A stretch of 64,000 nucleotides of DNA, taken from a virus (lineage: Duplodnaviria > Caudoviricetes). This document shows positions 10,603 through 20,384 of this stretch, one piece after another. Both the position numbers and the translations under genes were made by a program. Under the pieces are notes generated by a model, which had not been told where the DNA came from, did not search any database, and saw only the letters and a program-made list of their open reading frames with translations. The stretch covers positions 20,059-84,058 of the IMG/VR virus record IMGVR_UViG_3300014205_000206. One strand, written 5' to 3'. Every line of letters starts with the position of its first letter. Positions within the stretch are counted from its first letter, which is position 1.

Positions 10603-10973
10603 TCCACCTCAACGATGTAAATGATGTCAGAACCTTGCGTGCTGACGAAATCAACAATCGCAACACGCCGACGAGCGGTGGATGTGTCTGAGGAAGCTAG
10701 AATGACAATGTCGCCAACCTTGGGCGGAGTCGCTAGATCAAGCGAAGAAATCAGAATGCGTTCGCCGGGGACCTGTACCAGCGTGCCGTTCTTGAACTGC
10801 GCTTTTCTGCTTCCAACGCAGGCCATCAGGGCGGTGTCTGTATTGACTGTCGTTGTCGAACCTGTAGCCACTACATTAGTAACTGTGACTTGACGATAGA
10901 TGATCGCCTTGCCCTCGCCGTTGATGAGGTTTTTGGCCAGCGACTTCATCGTAGACAACGGGATGATGGACAT
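10599..10973 (-). CDS. Head closure/head-tail joining protein
   Basis: 124 aa, position after adaptor, PKVGDIVIL pattern. Confidence 0.65.
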   Translation of the reverse strand: MSIIPLSTMKSLAKNLINGEGKAIIYRQVTVTNVVATGSTTTVNTDTALMACVGSRKAQFKNGTLVQVPGERILISSLDLATPPKVGDIVILASSDTSTARRRVAIVDFVSTQGSDIIYIVEVE

Positions 10974-10975
10974 GA

Positions 10976-11476
10976 TTATCTATAAGTCGTCAAAATTCCG
11001 CTAGAAAACGGGATAGCGATTTTGTAAAGGAGCGAATCAATGTACGGGAACGTCCTACCAGCAGCGGCTCCCCTGAAGTACGAGACTTCAAGTACGTCCA
11101 CCTTGGCGTAGGCTAGACCGCCACCACGCTCACGGACGGCGTTCAGTACTTCAGTTACATGCGACAAAGCAGCTTCACACTCGGCATCGATTAGGGCTTG
11201 AGGGATAGTCGTTGACGCAATGCTTCGAAGGTCAACGTCATATGCCCCCAATCTGGGCCAAGAAAGGGCTTGTGAGTCGTCAACGATGATACCCGGCCAT
11301 GAGTACCTGCTATCGATCCACGAGGTCGCATACAGCAACGCAGCCTCTTTGTTGGCTGTAGTCAAAGCTGACCAAGTAGTGTTGTTTCTGGCAGAAAAGT
11401 AAGCATCAGCATCAACTACACTAATGTATGAATTAGCGCCAGCGACGATGGCTCCGGTCTCGACTACGATTGACAT
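10976..11476 (-). CDS. Head-tail adaptor (DnaT-like family)
   Basis: MSIVVETG...ANSYISVVDADAYF and QALSWPR motifs. Confidence 0.8.
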   Translation of the reverse strand: MSIVVETGAIVAGANSYISVVDADAYFSARNNTTWSALTTANKEAALLYATSWIDSRYSWPGIIVDDSQALSWPRLGAYDVDLRSIASTTIPQALIDAECEAALSHVTEVLNAVRERGGGLAYAKVDVLEVSYFRGAAAGRTFPYIDSLLYKIAIPFSSGILTTYR

Positions 11477-11479
11477 TGC

Positions 11480-12103
11480 TTAAACGTCACCGAAGTAGTG
11501 CCAGAAAATCGTTACCGTACCGGTGACCTCGATTGTGTCGCTCGCGCTTGAGTCGGCGTCGGGAACGGCAAAGTTCAGGTAAGCGTCCTTCGCCGTTGCA
11601 TGTCCGTCGAACACGGCTGGGGTGGTGGAGACACCAACGGGTGCACCAATACCAGCAGTAAGAGTTCCAGCGGTCGATGGAATGATGTCAGCTTCGGTAG
11701 AGGTAAGCGTTGCGTTGTCGGTGCCAACAGCGGCGGTACCAACGGACTGCACAACCGCCGCTCCAGCGACGATGCCGCCGGCCCCTGCGGTCGTCGCCAG
11801 AGACATCGTGGACCCGATGATCTGGATAAGCCCAACCGGGAAGTCACAGAGCTGCACAGAACCGTGGCAGCCAGCGACCCCAGCATCGGTCATGGCGACC
11901 GAGTGCGCGGCGATGGTGAAGACGCTCTTGCGTAGGATCTGGCTGCCGCTTTCAGACACAGACAACGTTGCTGTGTTGGCCGCAGGTACTTGGGCTGAGC
12001 TACCAGAGATTGTCAGCGAGTCTAGGTTGAACTCAACATCCTTCTTCCAGTTTGGCCGTTCTGTGTCCGTAACGTATCCCTGCACCTTGCGCGCCGTGGT
12101 CAT
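11480..12103 (-). CDS. Putative virion structural protein
   Basis: 207 aa Ala/Thr/Gly beta-rich ORF in head cluster. Confidence 0.6.
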   Translation of the reverse strand: MTTARKVQGYVTDTERPNWKKDVEFNLDSLTISGSSAQVPAANTATLSVSESGSQILRKSVFTIAAHSVAMTDAGVAGCHGSVQLCDFPVGLIQIIGSTMSLATTAGAGGIVAGAAVVQSVGTAAVGTDNATLTSTEADIIPSTAGTLTAGIGAPVGVSTTPAVFDGHATAKDAYLNFAVPDADSSASDTIEVTGTVTIFWHYFGDV

Positions 12104-12112
12104 CGAATCTCC

Positions 12113-12367
12113 TTACGCCTCCTTGCGGACGACGAGACGGTTTCCGTTTTTTCGAAAGTTCTTGCAATAGTTAACCCAGGATGCGCCCAACGAGTGCCAA
12201 CCAAGTTTGTTGGCTACCACAACTAGCTGCGTAACAGGCCAAGCCCACAGCCGAAAGACCCACTTCCTCGCATACCACTTCGGCTCGATCACTACGTTCT
12301 CGCGGAACACCTGCTCAGCATTCTGGCGAGCAACCCTTCGAAGTTTCTTAGCTACTGTGGCCCTCAT
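12113..12367 (-). CDS. Hypothetical basic protein
   Basis: 84-aa ORF in head operon with GAGG RBS. Confidence 0.6.
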   Translation of the reverse strand: MRATVAKKLRRVARQNAEQVFRENVVIEPKWYARKWVFRLWAWPVTQLVVVANKLGWHSLGASWVNYCKNFRKNGNRLVVRKEA

Positions 12368-12461
12368 CTTGGCCTCGGAGGTGTACTGTTTGGGGCAGAA
12401 CCGGGACGGTTAGGTCTTGGTCGTGGAGGTTGTGGAAGCGGAGGCTTTCCCTTGTAGACGA

Positions 12462-12836
12462 TCATTCAGCATTCTCCGCCTTCTCGGCCTTGTCCGCCTT
12501 AGCCTTCTGCTTCGCTGCCCACATCGCTGACACCGACGTTTGCCGAGTAGATAGTGGCTTTGCAGCGGCTTCGACTTCAGGAGTAATTGCTGGCGGACCT
12601 ACTTCAACAACCACTTCCAACGGAAGCGGAATACCAGCTCCATCAGGAATCGATGGGATCTCGACGGGTCCAGTGTTTTCCAACTCGAATTCAGCCCAAA
12701 TGTACTTTCCGGTCTGGACCATTTCTCGCCCATCTACCGGAGCACAAGGATAGTGCTTTCCTGTCACTACATCGATAACTTCCGAAGGAACGCGACGGCC
12801 ACCAGCAACGATACGAGTCATGTGATTCATGTCCAT
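12462..12836 (-). CDS. Hypothetical protein
   Basis: 124-aa ORF, GGGGAG RBS. Confidence 0.65.
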   Translation of the reverse strand: MDMNHMTRIVAGGRRVPSEVIDVVTGKHYPCAPVDGREMVQTGKYIWAEFELENTGPVEIPSIPDGAGIPLPLEVVVEVGPPAITPEVEAAAKPLSTRQTSVSAMWAAKQKAKADKAEKAENAE

Positions 12837-12860
12837 ATAAGAACTCCCCTAAAGAAATGA

Positions 12861-12927
12861 GGCCGAGCGCCTCCGCTTCAATCTGTTCCTTTACAAGGCG
12901 GACAGAAGAAGCGGAGGTCGCTCGGTC
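12861..12927 (-). promoter_or_regulatory. Long intergenic hairpin (terminator or RNase III site)
   Basis: GGCCGAGCG-CCTCCGCTTC...GAAGCGGAGG-CGCTCGGTC inverted repeat after the cement gene. Confidence 0.6.
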
Positions 12928-12935
12928 CTGTGGAC

Positions 12936-13373
12936 TTAGTCGGCGCAGGCGAACGCCGAATAGTTGATTCCGGTAGCGATGGTGCCGGCAACTCGGGTGT
13001 ACAGACGAGCGTAACGGTACAGAGTGCCGTTGAACTCGTTGTGTACGCACTGGACGTAGCGGCCAGTCGTGCTGTCAGCACTACCAAAAGCGGTAGTAGT
13101 GTCGCCAAGGCGAAGCACGGTTGGGACTACGATGCCAGAAGCGAACGTCGCAGAGCTAGAAAGCTGCCACTCTACGTCGTACTCTTCGTCGCCAGTCGCC
13201 ACTTCGATTGCGGTCACATCGACCACAACCTTGCCTTCCCAGAATGACTGGCCAAGGTCGAGGATCTTGTCAACCGAATCTACCTGAGCTGCCGCGGATG
13301 CGGCGATAAGGCCCGCATCCTTCAGCTCCAATTCGGAGTCGAAAACAACTGCATGGTACGGAGTTGAAGACAT
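12936..13373 (-). CDS. Capsid cement/decoration protein (Bbp16-like)
   Basis: Follows MCP; AASAAAQV...ILDLG...VDVTA...WQLSSSATF...YRYARLYTRVAGT jelly-roll pattern. Confidence 0.7.
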   Translation of the reverse strand: MSSTPYHAVVFDSELELKDAGLIAASAAAQVDSVDKILDLGQSFWEGKVVVDVTAIEVATGDEEYDVEWQLSSSATFASGIVVPTVLRLGDTTTAFGSADSTTGRYVQCVHNEFNGTLYRYARLYTRVAGTIATGINYSAFACAD

Positions 13374-13408
13374 GTGTTTTCTCCTAGTTAGCTATTCTGA
13401 GTGGATGG

Positions 13409-14332
13409 TTACGCTACGACCGCAGCGTCGGAAATACCGTAGACGCGGGCAGCAGAACGTCCGTGGTAAAGGGCGAGTCCGGCATACCACTCAGTACGCA
13501 GGCGGAGAACCGGCTTGGTGTTTAGCTCACCAAGGTCACGAACATCCATGTCACCGTTCTGAATGCCGCACAGACGGCCAGCACCGAACGAAACGACATA
13601 GATAGAAGTGGCTGTGGCAGTTGCACCACCAGCACCAACTTCGGTGAACGGAAGGGCTTCTGTCGAACCGTTGTTCGTGGTCAAGATAGGCAGATCGTTG
13701 TAAGTCATCACGGTCTGGCCAATCTCGTTCTTGGTGTAGTTCACGTAACCGGTGACGCTGGTTGCGCGACCAGCCGCACTCATACGACGGCGCATGGCCT
13801 TCGACATGATGATGTGCGTCGGGCTGTCAACGGCGTCGATGGCCTGATCTAGCTTGGCCAGCGAAAGTGGATCTCCACCGTTGGTTGAACCGGCGCTGAT
13901 CTTCTGGTTGCCGGTCAGGCGAACCTGAAGTCCGTCGAACTCGCGAGGATCAGAAGTATTGTCGCCCTTGATGAACTTCTGAGCCCAAGCATCAGCGATA
14001 GCCTTGATCTTCATCGAAATCTGGGCCGCACGGATGCTCGGACCACGAGTTGCGATGAGGAACTTGTCAACGTCGATGTCTCCACCGACGATATAGATGG
14101 CATCAATCAACGGATTGATGACACCAGTCGACTCGGTGTAGGACTCGTTGATGCCTCGGAAGGCGACACCAGGAAGAACACCTTCCTGATCGTACTTCAC
14201 CGCTCCACCCGGAATGCTTTCGAATGGAAGGGCCGAGAGGATATCGCTCTGACGAGCGAACATCTCGATTGTGGTAGCGCGGACGACGTTCCCGCTGTAC
14301 TTCTTGGATGCCTCGACAAGCGTCAAAGCCAT
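13409..14332 (-). CDS. Major capsid protein (HK97 fold)
   Basis: 307 aa, LPGVAFRGINESY, EFDGLQVRL; after scaffold. Confidence 0.9.
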   Translation of the reverse strand: MALTLVEASKKYSGNVVRATTIEMFARQSDILSALPFESIPGGAVKYDQEGVLPGVAFRGINESYTESTGVINPLIDAIYIVGGDIDVDKFLIATRGPSIRAAQISMKIKAIADAWAQKFIKGDNTSDPREFDGLQVRLTGNQKISAGSTNGGDPLSLAKLDQAIDAVDSPTHIIMSKAMRRRMSAAGRATSVTGYVNYTKNEIGQTVMTYNDLPILTTNNGSTEALPFTEVGAGGATATATSIYVVSFGAGRLCGIQNGDMDVRDLGELNTKPVLRLRTEWYAGLALYHGRSAARVYGISDAAVVA

Positions 14333-14348
14333 GGCGTGTTTCTCCTAG

Positions 14349-15113
14349 TTACTGTGTCGCCCTCGTAGCGGCGAGGCCGCGTGATAGTCGCTCTTCGAGC
14401 GAGAGCGAAAGGTCAGCGTCGCCGCTAGCAACGACTCCCTCACCGCCAACGGCTGATCCGCCGGTAGCGTTACTCGCTCGTCTCCACTGCTTATAATTCG
14501 GGTCCCCAGCAACAAGAATGCTTAGTGCTTCTTCGAAATCTGCCACCTTGCTGGGATCGGACTTGCTGTAGACTTTTTCCTTCTTCGTGCTCGGATCTCT
14601 GTAGGCTACTACGGCTTCTCCTTCAACTTCGAAGTGACGACCGAATTTAGCTTCAGCAAGGTCTGGAGTCAGGTACGTATCGGCAATGGCCTTGGCGGAC
14701 ATGAAACGGCTAGATACCAAAACGGTTCGGAGCTTCGTTTCAAGTTCGTGGGTCTTAGCTTCAAGCGTCTTCTTCTCCTGCTCGGCTGCGTCTGTGTACG
14801 GCTTCAGTCGCTTGGTGACTTCCTCTTCGAGTTTAGCAATATCCAACTCCTTCGTGGATGACTGCTTTCCTGCCTGCTTGATCTTCTCAAGCGCAAGATC
14901 CCACTCGTCTTCGTTGGCACCGAACTTCTTGACCACCTTCTCCAGCTCCTTCACTCGGTCGTGAGCTGCATCGCGCTCAACACGAGTTGCGCCAACTGAA
15001 GCGAATAGCTTCGGCGCATCGTAGCTGACTTCTTGGTCGTCATCGGTAATCCACACTGGTAGTCCGTTCTCCAAGACAACGTGACCGTCACCGTCAAGCT
15101 TAATCTTCGCCAT
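14349..15113 (-). CDS. Capsid scaffolding protein (DUF6651-like)
   Basis: Start reassigned to ATG 15113 (AGAGGG RBS); MAKIKLDGDGHVVLENGLPVW, coiled coil, VADFEEALSILV. Confidence 0.8.
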   Translation of the reverse strand: MAKIKLDGDGHVVLENGLPVWITDDDQEVSYDAPKLFASVGATRVERDAAHDRVKELEKVVKKFGANEDEWDLALEKIKQAGKQSSTKELDIAKLEEEVTKRLKPYTDAAEQEKKTLEAKTHELETKLRTVLVSSRFMSAKAIADTYLTPDLAEAKFGRHFEVEGEAVVAYRDPSTKKEKVYSKSDPSKVADFEEALSILVAGDPNYKQWRRASNATGGSAVGGEGVVASGDADLSLSLEERLSRGLAATRATQ

Positions 15114-15128
15114 CGTCAACCCTCTCTT

Positions 15129-15196
15129 CGGCATCGCGCCGGGTGGCATCGCGCCACACTTGTTGTTGTTTTATGAAGTACATCGCGCACTTCATA
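15129..15196 (-). promoter_or_regulatory. Three tandem RNA hairpins with identical GCGAU loops in scaffold/capsid leader
   Basis: Minus-strand RNA: UAUGAAGUGC-GCGAU-GUACUUCAUA; GUGGC-GCGAU-GCCAC; CGGC-GCGAU-GCCG; then RBS. Confidence 0.75.
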
Positions 15197-15203
15197 TATG
15201 CAA

Positions 15204-15231
15204 ATTGTACGCTGTCTTGCGTTTACGTCAA
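15204..15231 (-). promoter_or_regulatory. Sigma70-like promoter for scaffold-capsid operon
   Basis: TTGACG-16-TACAAT with A-rich upstream element. Confidence 0.7.
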
Positions 15232-15370
15232 CATTTCTTTTTTAAGACCTAGACTTTACGCAATATCTAGGCGACTCGGAAAACACTCTCCAGTGTCTAC
15301 ATCGATGAGAATGACGGGATGACCTTCTTCTTCCCCACCAAGCGTATCGATCTGGAAGTGGGTTCATGTG

Positions 15371-17002
15371 TTACTTAGATGCCTTGTTAGAAGGCTGTTT
15401 GTTGTGGTCTACCTTGTTCACTTTGCCCTTTTGGCCACTGTCTACCTGATTTGCAGCCGTGTCTTTTGCTTTAGCATTAGCTTGCACAAGCTCCAGCGCA
15501 GCCTTGCGTTCCACTTCAACCTGAGTAGGTTGGCTGCTGGCGATACGGCTTTCTTCCTCAGCGAAGTCGATGCTTTCTGGCTCGATTTCGGAAGCCTGCG
15601 CGACTTCGAACAACGTCTCATCGGACATTCTCTTGGCAGCGTGCATTTCAAGCGCAGCCTTGAATCCTTCGATATTGCGGCTGACAGGTACGAACCTTCT
15701 ATTAAGCTCTACTCCGCCCCATCCAGAATCGGCTCCGTATTCAACAAGCCCCATGTACTGCGCGGTGTAGTAGAACAACTTGTTGAACGAATCCTGCCAC
15801 CCAAGAACAGCCGCTTCCAGCCTAGATGATGCCTTAGCGGCTCGAATCGATTCTCCGGTTGCCGTCAGGTTACCGGGAGCGGATGAAGAAATAGGCTCAG
15901 AAGCCAACTCGCGAGCGTCAGCTTCCATGGCGCTAAGTTCAGTTCTGAGCGAATCCCAAGACTTTCCGTTGGGTTCCACGAACTGCACGCTAGCTGCGCT
16001 GTCCGGAGAAACGAACATTCTCGATTGGCCGACCGGAACCGGACGCTTCGTTTCGGGGTCAATCGGACCACCCGCCCAGTGAAGGATCGGGAAACCGCTG
16101 ACATGCTGCGCGTTGTCGAGATCGCTCATCTTCTGATAATGGGCAATAGTCAGGTGGGCTAGGTCCAAGAACGCCGGATAGGCTTCGAACTGCGCCGCAA
16201 GCAGGAACGGGAAATCAACAAACGGGATGTCTACCTGCGGCTTCATGCTTCCAAATCCAACGACGCCCCATTCTCCGTCTACCTTGCCATCCTCGATTGG
16301 TCGCCAAACCTGCCAAGTTGCGTATCTGGATGGATCGCTAGGCGGTGCCAACGGATTGCCGGAGCGGAGTACCCGCACCTGATCGATTGCCTTCTTGGTC
16401 CAAGGGCCACTCTGAACGTAGGCGCGCTCGCGCAGTCTTACCATTGTAAGTCGTTGTTCTTTTCCGAACGGTTCGTGCTGCCAGTCGATGACCGTCTTAG
16501 CTGGATACCTGCGCCAGAACGGAGCCCGCTTCAGCTTCTCCCATTCCGCTTGAGTGAGTTCTTCGGCTCCAGATACGGTTGGATAGTCCACCAGAACGTA
16601 GTCTTCACCTTCGGCGGTAGATGACTGAGCTACGTTCATGCCGAATACGTGGAAGTTCGTTCCTCGACCATCTACATCGTCCATCATCCGTACGATCTCT
16701 TCAGGAGTGTCGGATCTGAACTTGGCATTCTTCGCGAACGCTCTGCCAACGCAGTCCTCGACGGCCTCCTTGAACATGTTCTTCAATCTGGACATGTTCA
16801 CTCGGTTTTGCCACGGGTCTACGATTCCTACTCCGGGGACTGTTTCGATAGCCTCGGTTGGGTTCCTTGGAAGATAGATCGCCGCTGCATCCGGCTCCCT
16901 AAGACGAGTGATTCCTTCGTTCAGGTCGCGAGTAATGACGCGGATCTTTTCCAGCTTTTCAAACTGTAGGGACGGAGTATTTACGTTCGCAATGCCAGCC
17001 AT
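15371..17002 (-). CDS. Portal protein (DUF4055-like)
   Basis: 543 aa after TerL; DLAHLTIAHYQKMSDLDNAQHVSGFPIL. Confidence 0.9.
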   Translation of the reverse strand: MAGIANVNTPSLQFEKLEKIRVITRDLNEGITRLREPDAAAIYLPRNPTEAIETVPGVGIVDPWQNRVNMSRLKNMFKEAVEDCVGRAFAKNAKFRSDTPEEIVRMMDDVDGRGTNFHVFGMNVAQSSTAEGEDYVLVDYPTVSGAEELTQAEWEKLKRAPFWRRYPAKTVIDWQHEPFGKEQRLTMVRLRERAYVQSGPWTKKAIDQVRVLRSGNPLAPPSDPSRYATWQVWRPIEDGKVDGEWGVVGFGSMKPQVDIPFVDFPFLLAAQFEAYPAFLDLAHLTIAHYQKMSDLDNAQHVSGFPILHWAGGPIDPETKRPVPVGQSRMFVSPDSAASVQFVEPNGKSWDSLRTELSAMEADARELASEPISSSAPGNLTATGESIRAAKASSRLEAAVLGWQDSFNKLFYYTAQYMGLVEYGADSGWGGVELNRRFVPVSRNIEGFKAALEMHAAKRMSDETLFEVAQASEIEPESIDFAEEESRIASSQPTQVEVERKAALELVQANAKAKDTAANQVDSGQKGKVNKVDHNKQPSNKASK

Positions 17003-17011
17003 ATTTGCTCC

Positions 17012-18310
17012 TTAGACTCCGAGCATTCCTACAGTTGAACCGGTCGTTCCCATAGGCTTTCCAAGTGGGAACATTTCGTGAACCATGTAGCCAAGTGCGT
17101 CCGTAACGTGATCGAGTCCGGTCGTTTTGTCAGGCTGACTCGTTCCTTCTTTGTAGGTCAACCCTTCAAGTCCTTTGAGTAGATTGACGCATCTTGGATG
17201 CAAAAACAGCCTGCTTCTGCCAGCCGCGTTCATGCAGAGTGTATTCACTTCGTTGATTCTGTCAACGACCGCAGGGTGCGTTTTCCCGGCAACTACCGAA
17301 AATCCAGCCGCCCTAAGCAACGAAAAGTCAGTTTGACCAACAACGGCGGATGTCTTTCTTTGGTTTCCGCTTGGGTCTGGATAGACGATAATCGGACGAC
17401 GCTCAGCCCTGCCGTCGCCACGAGTTGCTGCCCTACCAAGCTTCCACCTGCGCAAGAACACATTGATCGCTTCGATCATCTCGGAAGTAGACGAGTTTTC
17501 TAGCACGATTTCGTCGTGGATGTGCAGTTCATCGCCAGCCCTAGACGCCAGCACGGCGGTCATCGGGTCGACGTTGAAGTCCATTCCAATGTGCAGAGTA
17601 GATCCAAGATCAGCAATGTCGTGGGACGAGTTGCGCTGGCGTTCGAACCCAGTGTAGACGCGGCCTTCTGGGGCTTCGAAACAAGCTTCGTATTCTTGTC
17701 GAAACTTCGCTGGCGTCATATCTCGACGCGCAGCCGCGATCTCAGCATCAGGAACTAGACCACCCTGCAACGTGGTGAATTGGAACGTTGCCCACCCTTC
17801 GTGTCTACGTGCTTGCGCTGTCGTAAAAAGGTCGTAGAAGTGGCCTAGACCCTTCGGTGTACCCGTGAACAAAGCTTCGCCTTGTCGATCCGACAGCGCA
17901 GGTCGGATGACTTCGTTCCAAGTTGCCGGGTCAATGTCTTTGTATTCGTCGAAAACGACGAAATCTAGACCGGGTCCTCGCAACGAGTCGGGGTTGTCTG
18001 CACCTCGAAGCGAGATTCTAGAATTGTAGGGTTTAATGGTGAGCGTGAGGCTGGTTTCGTCCTTCTTGGCGATCATGTCCCGAGGGACAGTTCTCATCAA
18101 GTCTCGCCAGATAACGTCCTTAGCCTGTCGATACGTGGGCGCGATGAACCACACGTTCTTGTCTATGCCAGTTTGCGCGGCTCGGCACAGCTCGGCAATG
18201 TCCAAGTACGTCTTTCCGAATCGACGGCCAGCTACAAGGATTCTGAAACGAGAAGGATCTCGCCATACTTGAAACTGCGGAGCGGAAAGTGGGGTATTGT
18301 TTACCTCCAC
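17012..18310 (-). CDS. terL: Terminase large subunit
   Basis: VAGRRFGKT Walker A, LRGPGLDFVVFDE Walker B, TGTPKG, GMDFNVDPM nuclease motif, DHVTDALGY; likely GTG start at 18310. Confidence 0.95.
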   Translation of the reverse strand: MEVNNTPLSAPQFQVWRDPSRFRILVAGRRFGKTYLDIAELCRAAQTGIDKNVWFIAPTYRQAKDVIWRDLMRTVPRDMIAKKDETSLTLTIKPYNSRISLRGADNPDSLRGPGLDFVVFDEYKDIDPATWNEVIRPALSDRQGEALFTGTPKGLGHFYDLFTTAQARRHEGWATFQFTTLQGGLVPDAEIAAARRDMTPAKFRQEYEACFEAPEGRVYTGFERQRNSSHDIADLGSTLHIGMDFNVDPMTAVLASRAGDELHIHDEIVLENSSTSEMIEAINVFLRRWKLGRAATRGDGRAERRPIIVYPDPSGNQRKTSAVVGQTDFSLLRAAGFSVVAGKTHPAVVDRINEVNTLCMNAAGRSRLFLHPRCVNLLKGLEGLTYKEGTSQPDKTTGLDHVTDALGYMVHEMFPLGKPMGTTGSTVGMLGV

Positions 18311-18317
18311 TTTTTCA

Positions 18318-18707
18318 TCAAGAGGCTGGCTCACCGGGTCCCAATAGCGCGGGCTCGTTCGGCACAATGACCGCCAAGTCCCCGCGCTTCGGCATGAACG
18401 GAATCGTGATCGATCCATTCAGGATGATGTCAGACTTGTCTCCGTACCCACGGTCGCGCATCTGGCGCTCTGCGAAGAACTTCAGCGCCCACGGTTCCCC
18501 TTTTTGGAGAGCCTCGATGATTTTCAGTTCAACGAAGTCTTTGGTTGCTTCTTTTTCGTTGAAAGCTGCATCTTTCAGGGTGGGAACTGCCTTAATCCTG
18601 TTCTGCAATTCCTTCGGATCGCACCCAAGCTTCTTGGACGCGATGTAAATCATTCCTTTCGAAGCCTTGATGGCATCAAGGATCTCTTTGTCAGAAATCA
18701 AAAGCAT
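18318..18707 (-). CDS. Terminase small subunit
   Basis: N-terminal HTH (GMIYIASKKLGCD), WALKFFAER..RDRGYG; directly upstream of TerL. Confidence 0.75.
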   Translation of the reverse strand: MLLISDKEILDAIKASKGMIYIASKKLGCDPKELQNRIKAVPTLKDAAFNEKEATKDFVELKIIEALQKGEPWALKFFAERQMRDRGYGDKSDIILNGSITIPFMPKRGDLAVIVPNEPALLGPGEPAS

Positions 18708-18780
18708 TCAAAATCTCCTAGCGGGATTACTATGCCAACTTCGGCATACCCGCTAGTATCTCACACGACTTCTGCTTTGG

Positions 18781-19251
18781 CTACTTCAGCTTGGCGTCGT
18801 TCTCGTCGCCTGGGTCGCCATGAACGGCCGAGTCGCACTTGACACCGCCGATGACATCATCGCCCGAGTCAACATGAACGATCTTTGGCTCCCTATGCAT
18901 GATGGACCAATTTGTAGCCAAAACGGACTCGTTCAGTTTCTTGGAAGCGAAGTTCTCGATGGATTCGAGCACGCCCAACGACAACTCGCCTTCGTTGGTT
19001 CCGCATTCGAATGCCATAGCCGACGAAGCGCCTTCCTTGTTGACGAAAACGAACCTAACCAAACTAATCTCGTTTTCTGTCGATTCTGGAGTAGACAGTT
19101 CTCTTGAATAGAGCAGCGACTCGATCAAAAACTCAACCGCTTCAGCCTTGCCTACGAGATTGACGTTCCCTTTGTCGCACGAAACGTTCGCCATCACAAC
19201 CTTCGAACCTACCGAACCGACTGGCTCGGTTTCAACTTTCCATGTCTTCAT
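18781..19251 (-). CDS. Hypothetical protein
   Basis: Start reassigned to ATG 19251 (GGAGG RBS): MKTWKVETEP... Confidence 0.7.
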   Translation of the reverse strand: MKTWKVETEPVGSVGSKVVMANVSCDKGNVNLVGKAEAVEFLIESLLYSRELSTPESTENEISLVRFVFVNKEGASSAMAFECGTNEGELSLGVLESIENFASKKLNESVLATNWSIMHREPKIVHVDSGDDVIGGVKCDSAVHGDPGDENDAKLK

Positions 19252-19259
19252 GTTGCCTC

Positions 19260-20384
19260 CTATGCTGCGTGGATGAGTACGTTGTCTCGGATAGCCGACG
19301 CCACAGCATGCATCATCAGCGGCGGTACGGCGTTTCCGAGGCGAGTCCAGCGCTCCGCGAATGTCCCGGTCATCTTGAAGTCGTCTGGGAACGAGCAAAT
19401 ACGCTTTACTTCGAGAATCGTGAACCTTCTTGGCTCGTATGGATGAGCAATACCATGCATTGTGGTGCATCCATGAGCTGCGTTGATGGTCGGGCAAGGG
19501 AACCGTTCGTCTACTCGCGTGCAGTTGAAGTTGATCGGGTGGTTGCTGCCAATCGGGCATTCGCGCCATGCGATCTTGCCGCTAACGCCCAATTCCATCT
19601 CCGCATGCTCGATTGGGTCTTCGCAGATAGGATGCTGTGTATCAATTCTTCGCTCTCCGTCTTTTCTTCCAATCCACGGGCATGCGTCGGAAACTGAGTA
19701 ATACCAGTCGTTTGGCGTCGGGTAACGGTTTATCTTGCCAACCTTCTGTATCACTTTTTTGGCAATGTCATTTCGAATTCCAACAAAAATGACCCGTTGA
19801 CGAGCTTGTGGAACACCCAACCACCTCGAATCGATGACAGCCGCTTGGGTGTCGTATCCAGCTTCCTTCATCCAAGCCAGAACCATCTTGAAGTAGCCTT
19901 TTGCGGCCCCTTTGATGAGTCCTGTGACGTTTTCGGCTACGAACGTTTTCGGCTGGAGTTCTTTGATGAGCCGGATGTACTCTTCAAATAGGTCATCTGA
20001 CCTTTGGTTAGTCCCGTCACCGTGCGCGAAGGTTTTACCCCAACCTTTTTCGCGTAGTCCCGTACTTGAAAACGATTGACAAGGAGGACTACCATCAAAC
20101 AGGTCCAATTCACCGTGCTTGATGCCAGTTGCTTCAAGGACGCTAGTCCCTTTGACAGTGCGGATGTCTCGGCCATCGGCAACGCACCCCTCTTGACAGT
20201 TCATTTTATAGGTTTTCAGGGCAGTTGGTTCAAATTCGTTTGCCCACCTAACATTGAACCCCGCAAGCCTATAGCCAGTGCAGGAACCGCCAGCGCCGGA
20301 AAACGTAGATGCAACGTTGAAACCCGTTGAACCTTCGTGCTCCAAAACGTCTTTCATCAAGAGAGGTACGTACTTTGGCTTCAC
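19260..20384 (-). CDS. DNA (cytosine-5)-methyltransferase
   Basis: FSGAGG (motif I), GSPPCQSFS (IV), ENV (VI), QARQR (VIII), GNAVPP (X); GTG start overlapping upstream stop. Confidence 0.95.
   Translation of the reverse strand: MKPKYVPLLMKDVLEHEGSTGFNVASTFSGAGGSCTGYRLAGFNVRWANEFEPTALKTYKMNCQEGCVADGRDIRTVKGTSVLEATGIKHGELDLFDGSPPCQSFSSTGLREKGWGKTFAHGDGTNQRSDDLFEEYIRLIKELQPKTFVAENVTGLIKGAAKGYFKMVLAWMKEAGYDTQAAVIDSRWLGVPQARQRVIFVGIRNDIAKKVIQKVGKINRYPTPNDWYYSVSDACPWIGRKDGERRIDTQHPICEDPIEHAEMELGVSGKIAWRECPIGSNHPINFNCTRVDERFPCPTINAAHGCTTMHGIAHPYEPRRFTILEVKRICSFPDDFKMTGTFAERWTRLGNAVPPLMMHAVASAIRDNVLIHAA

Noticed and set aside
15243-15368. 41-codon minus-strand ORF between portal and capsid promoter
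   Set aside because: No convincing RBS or recognisable features.
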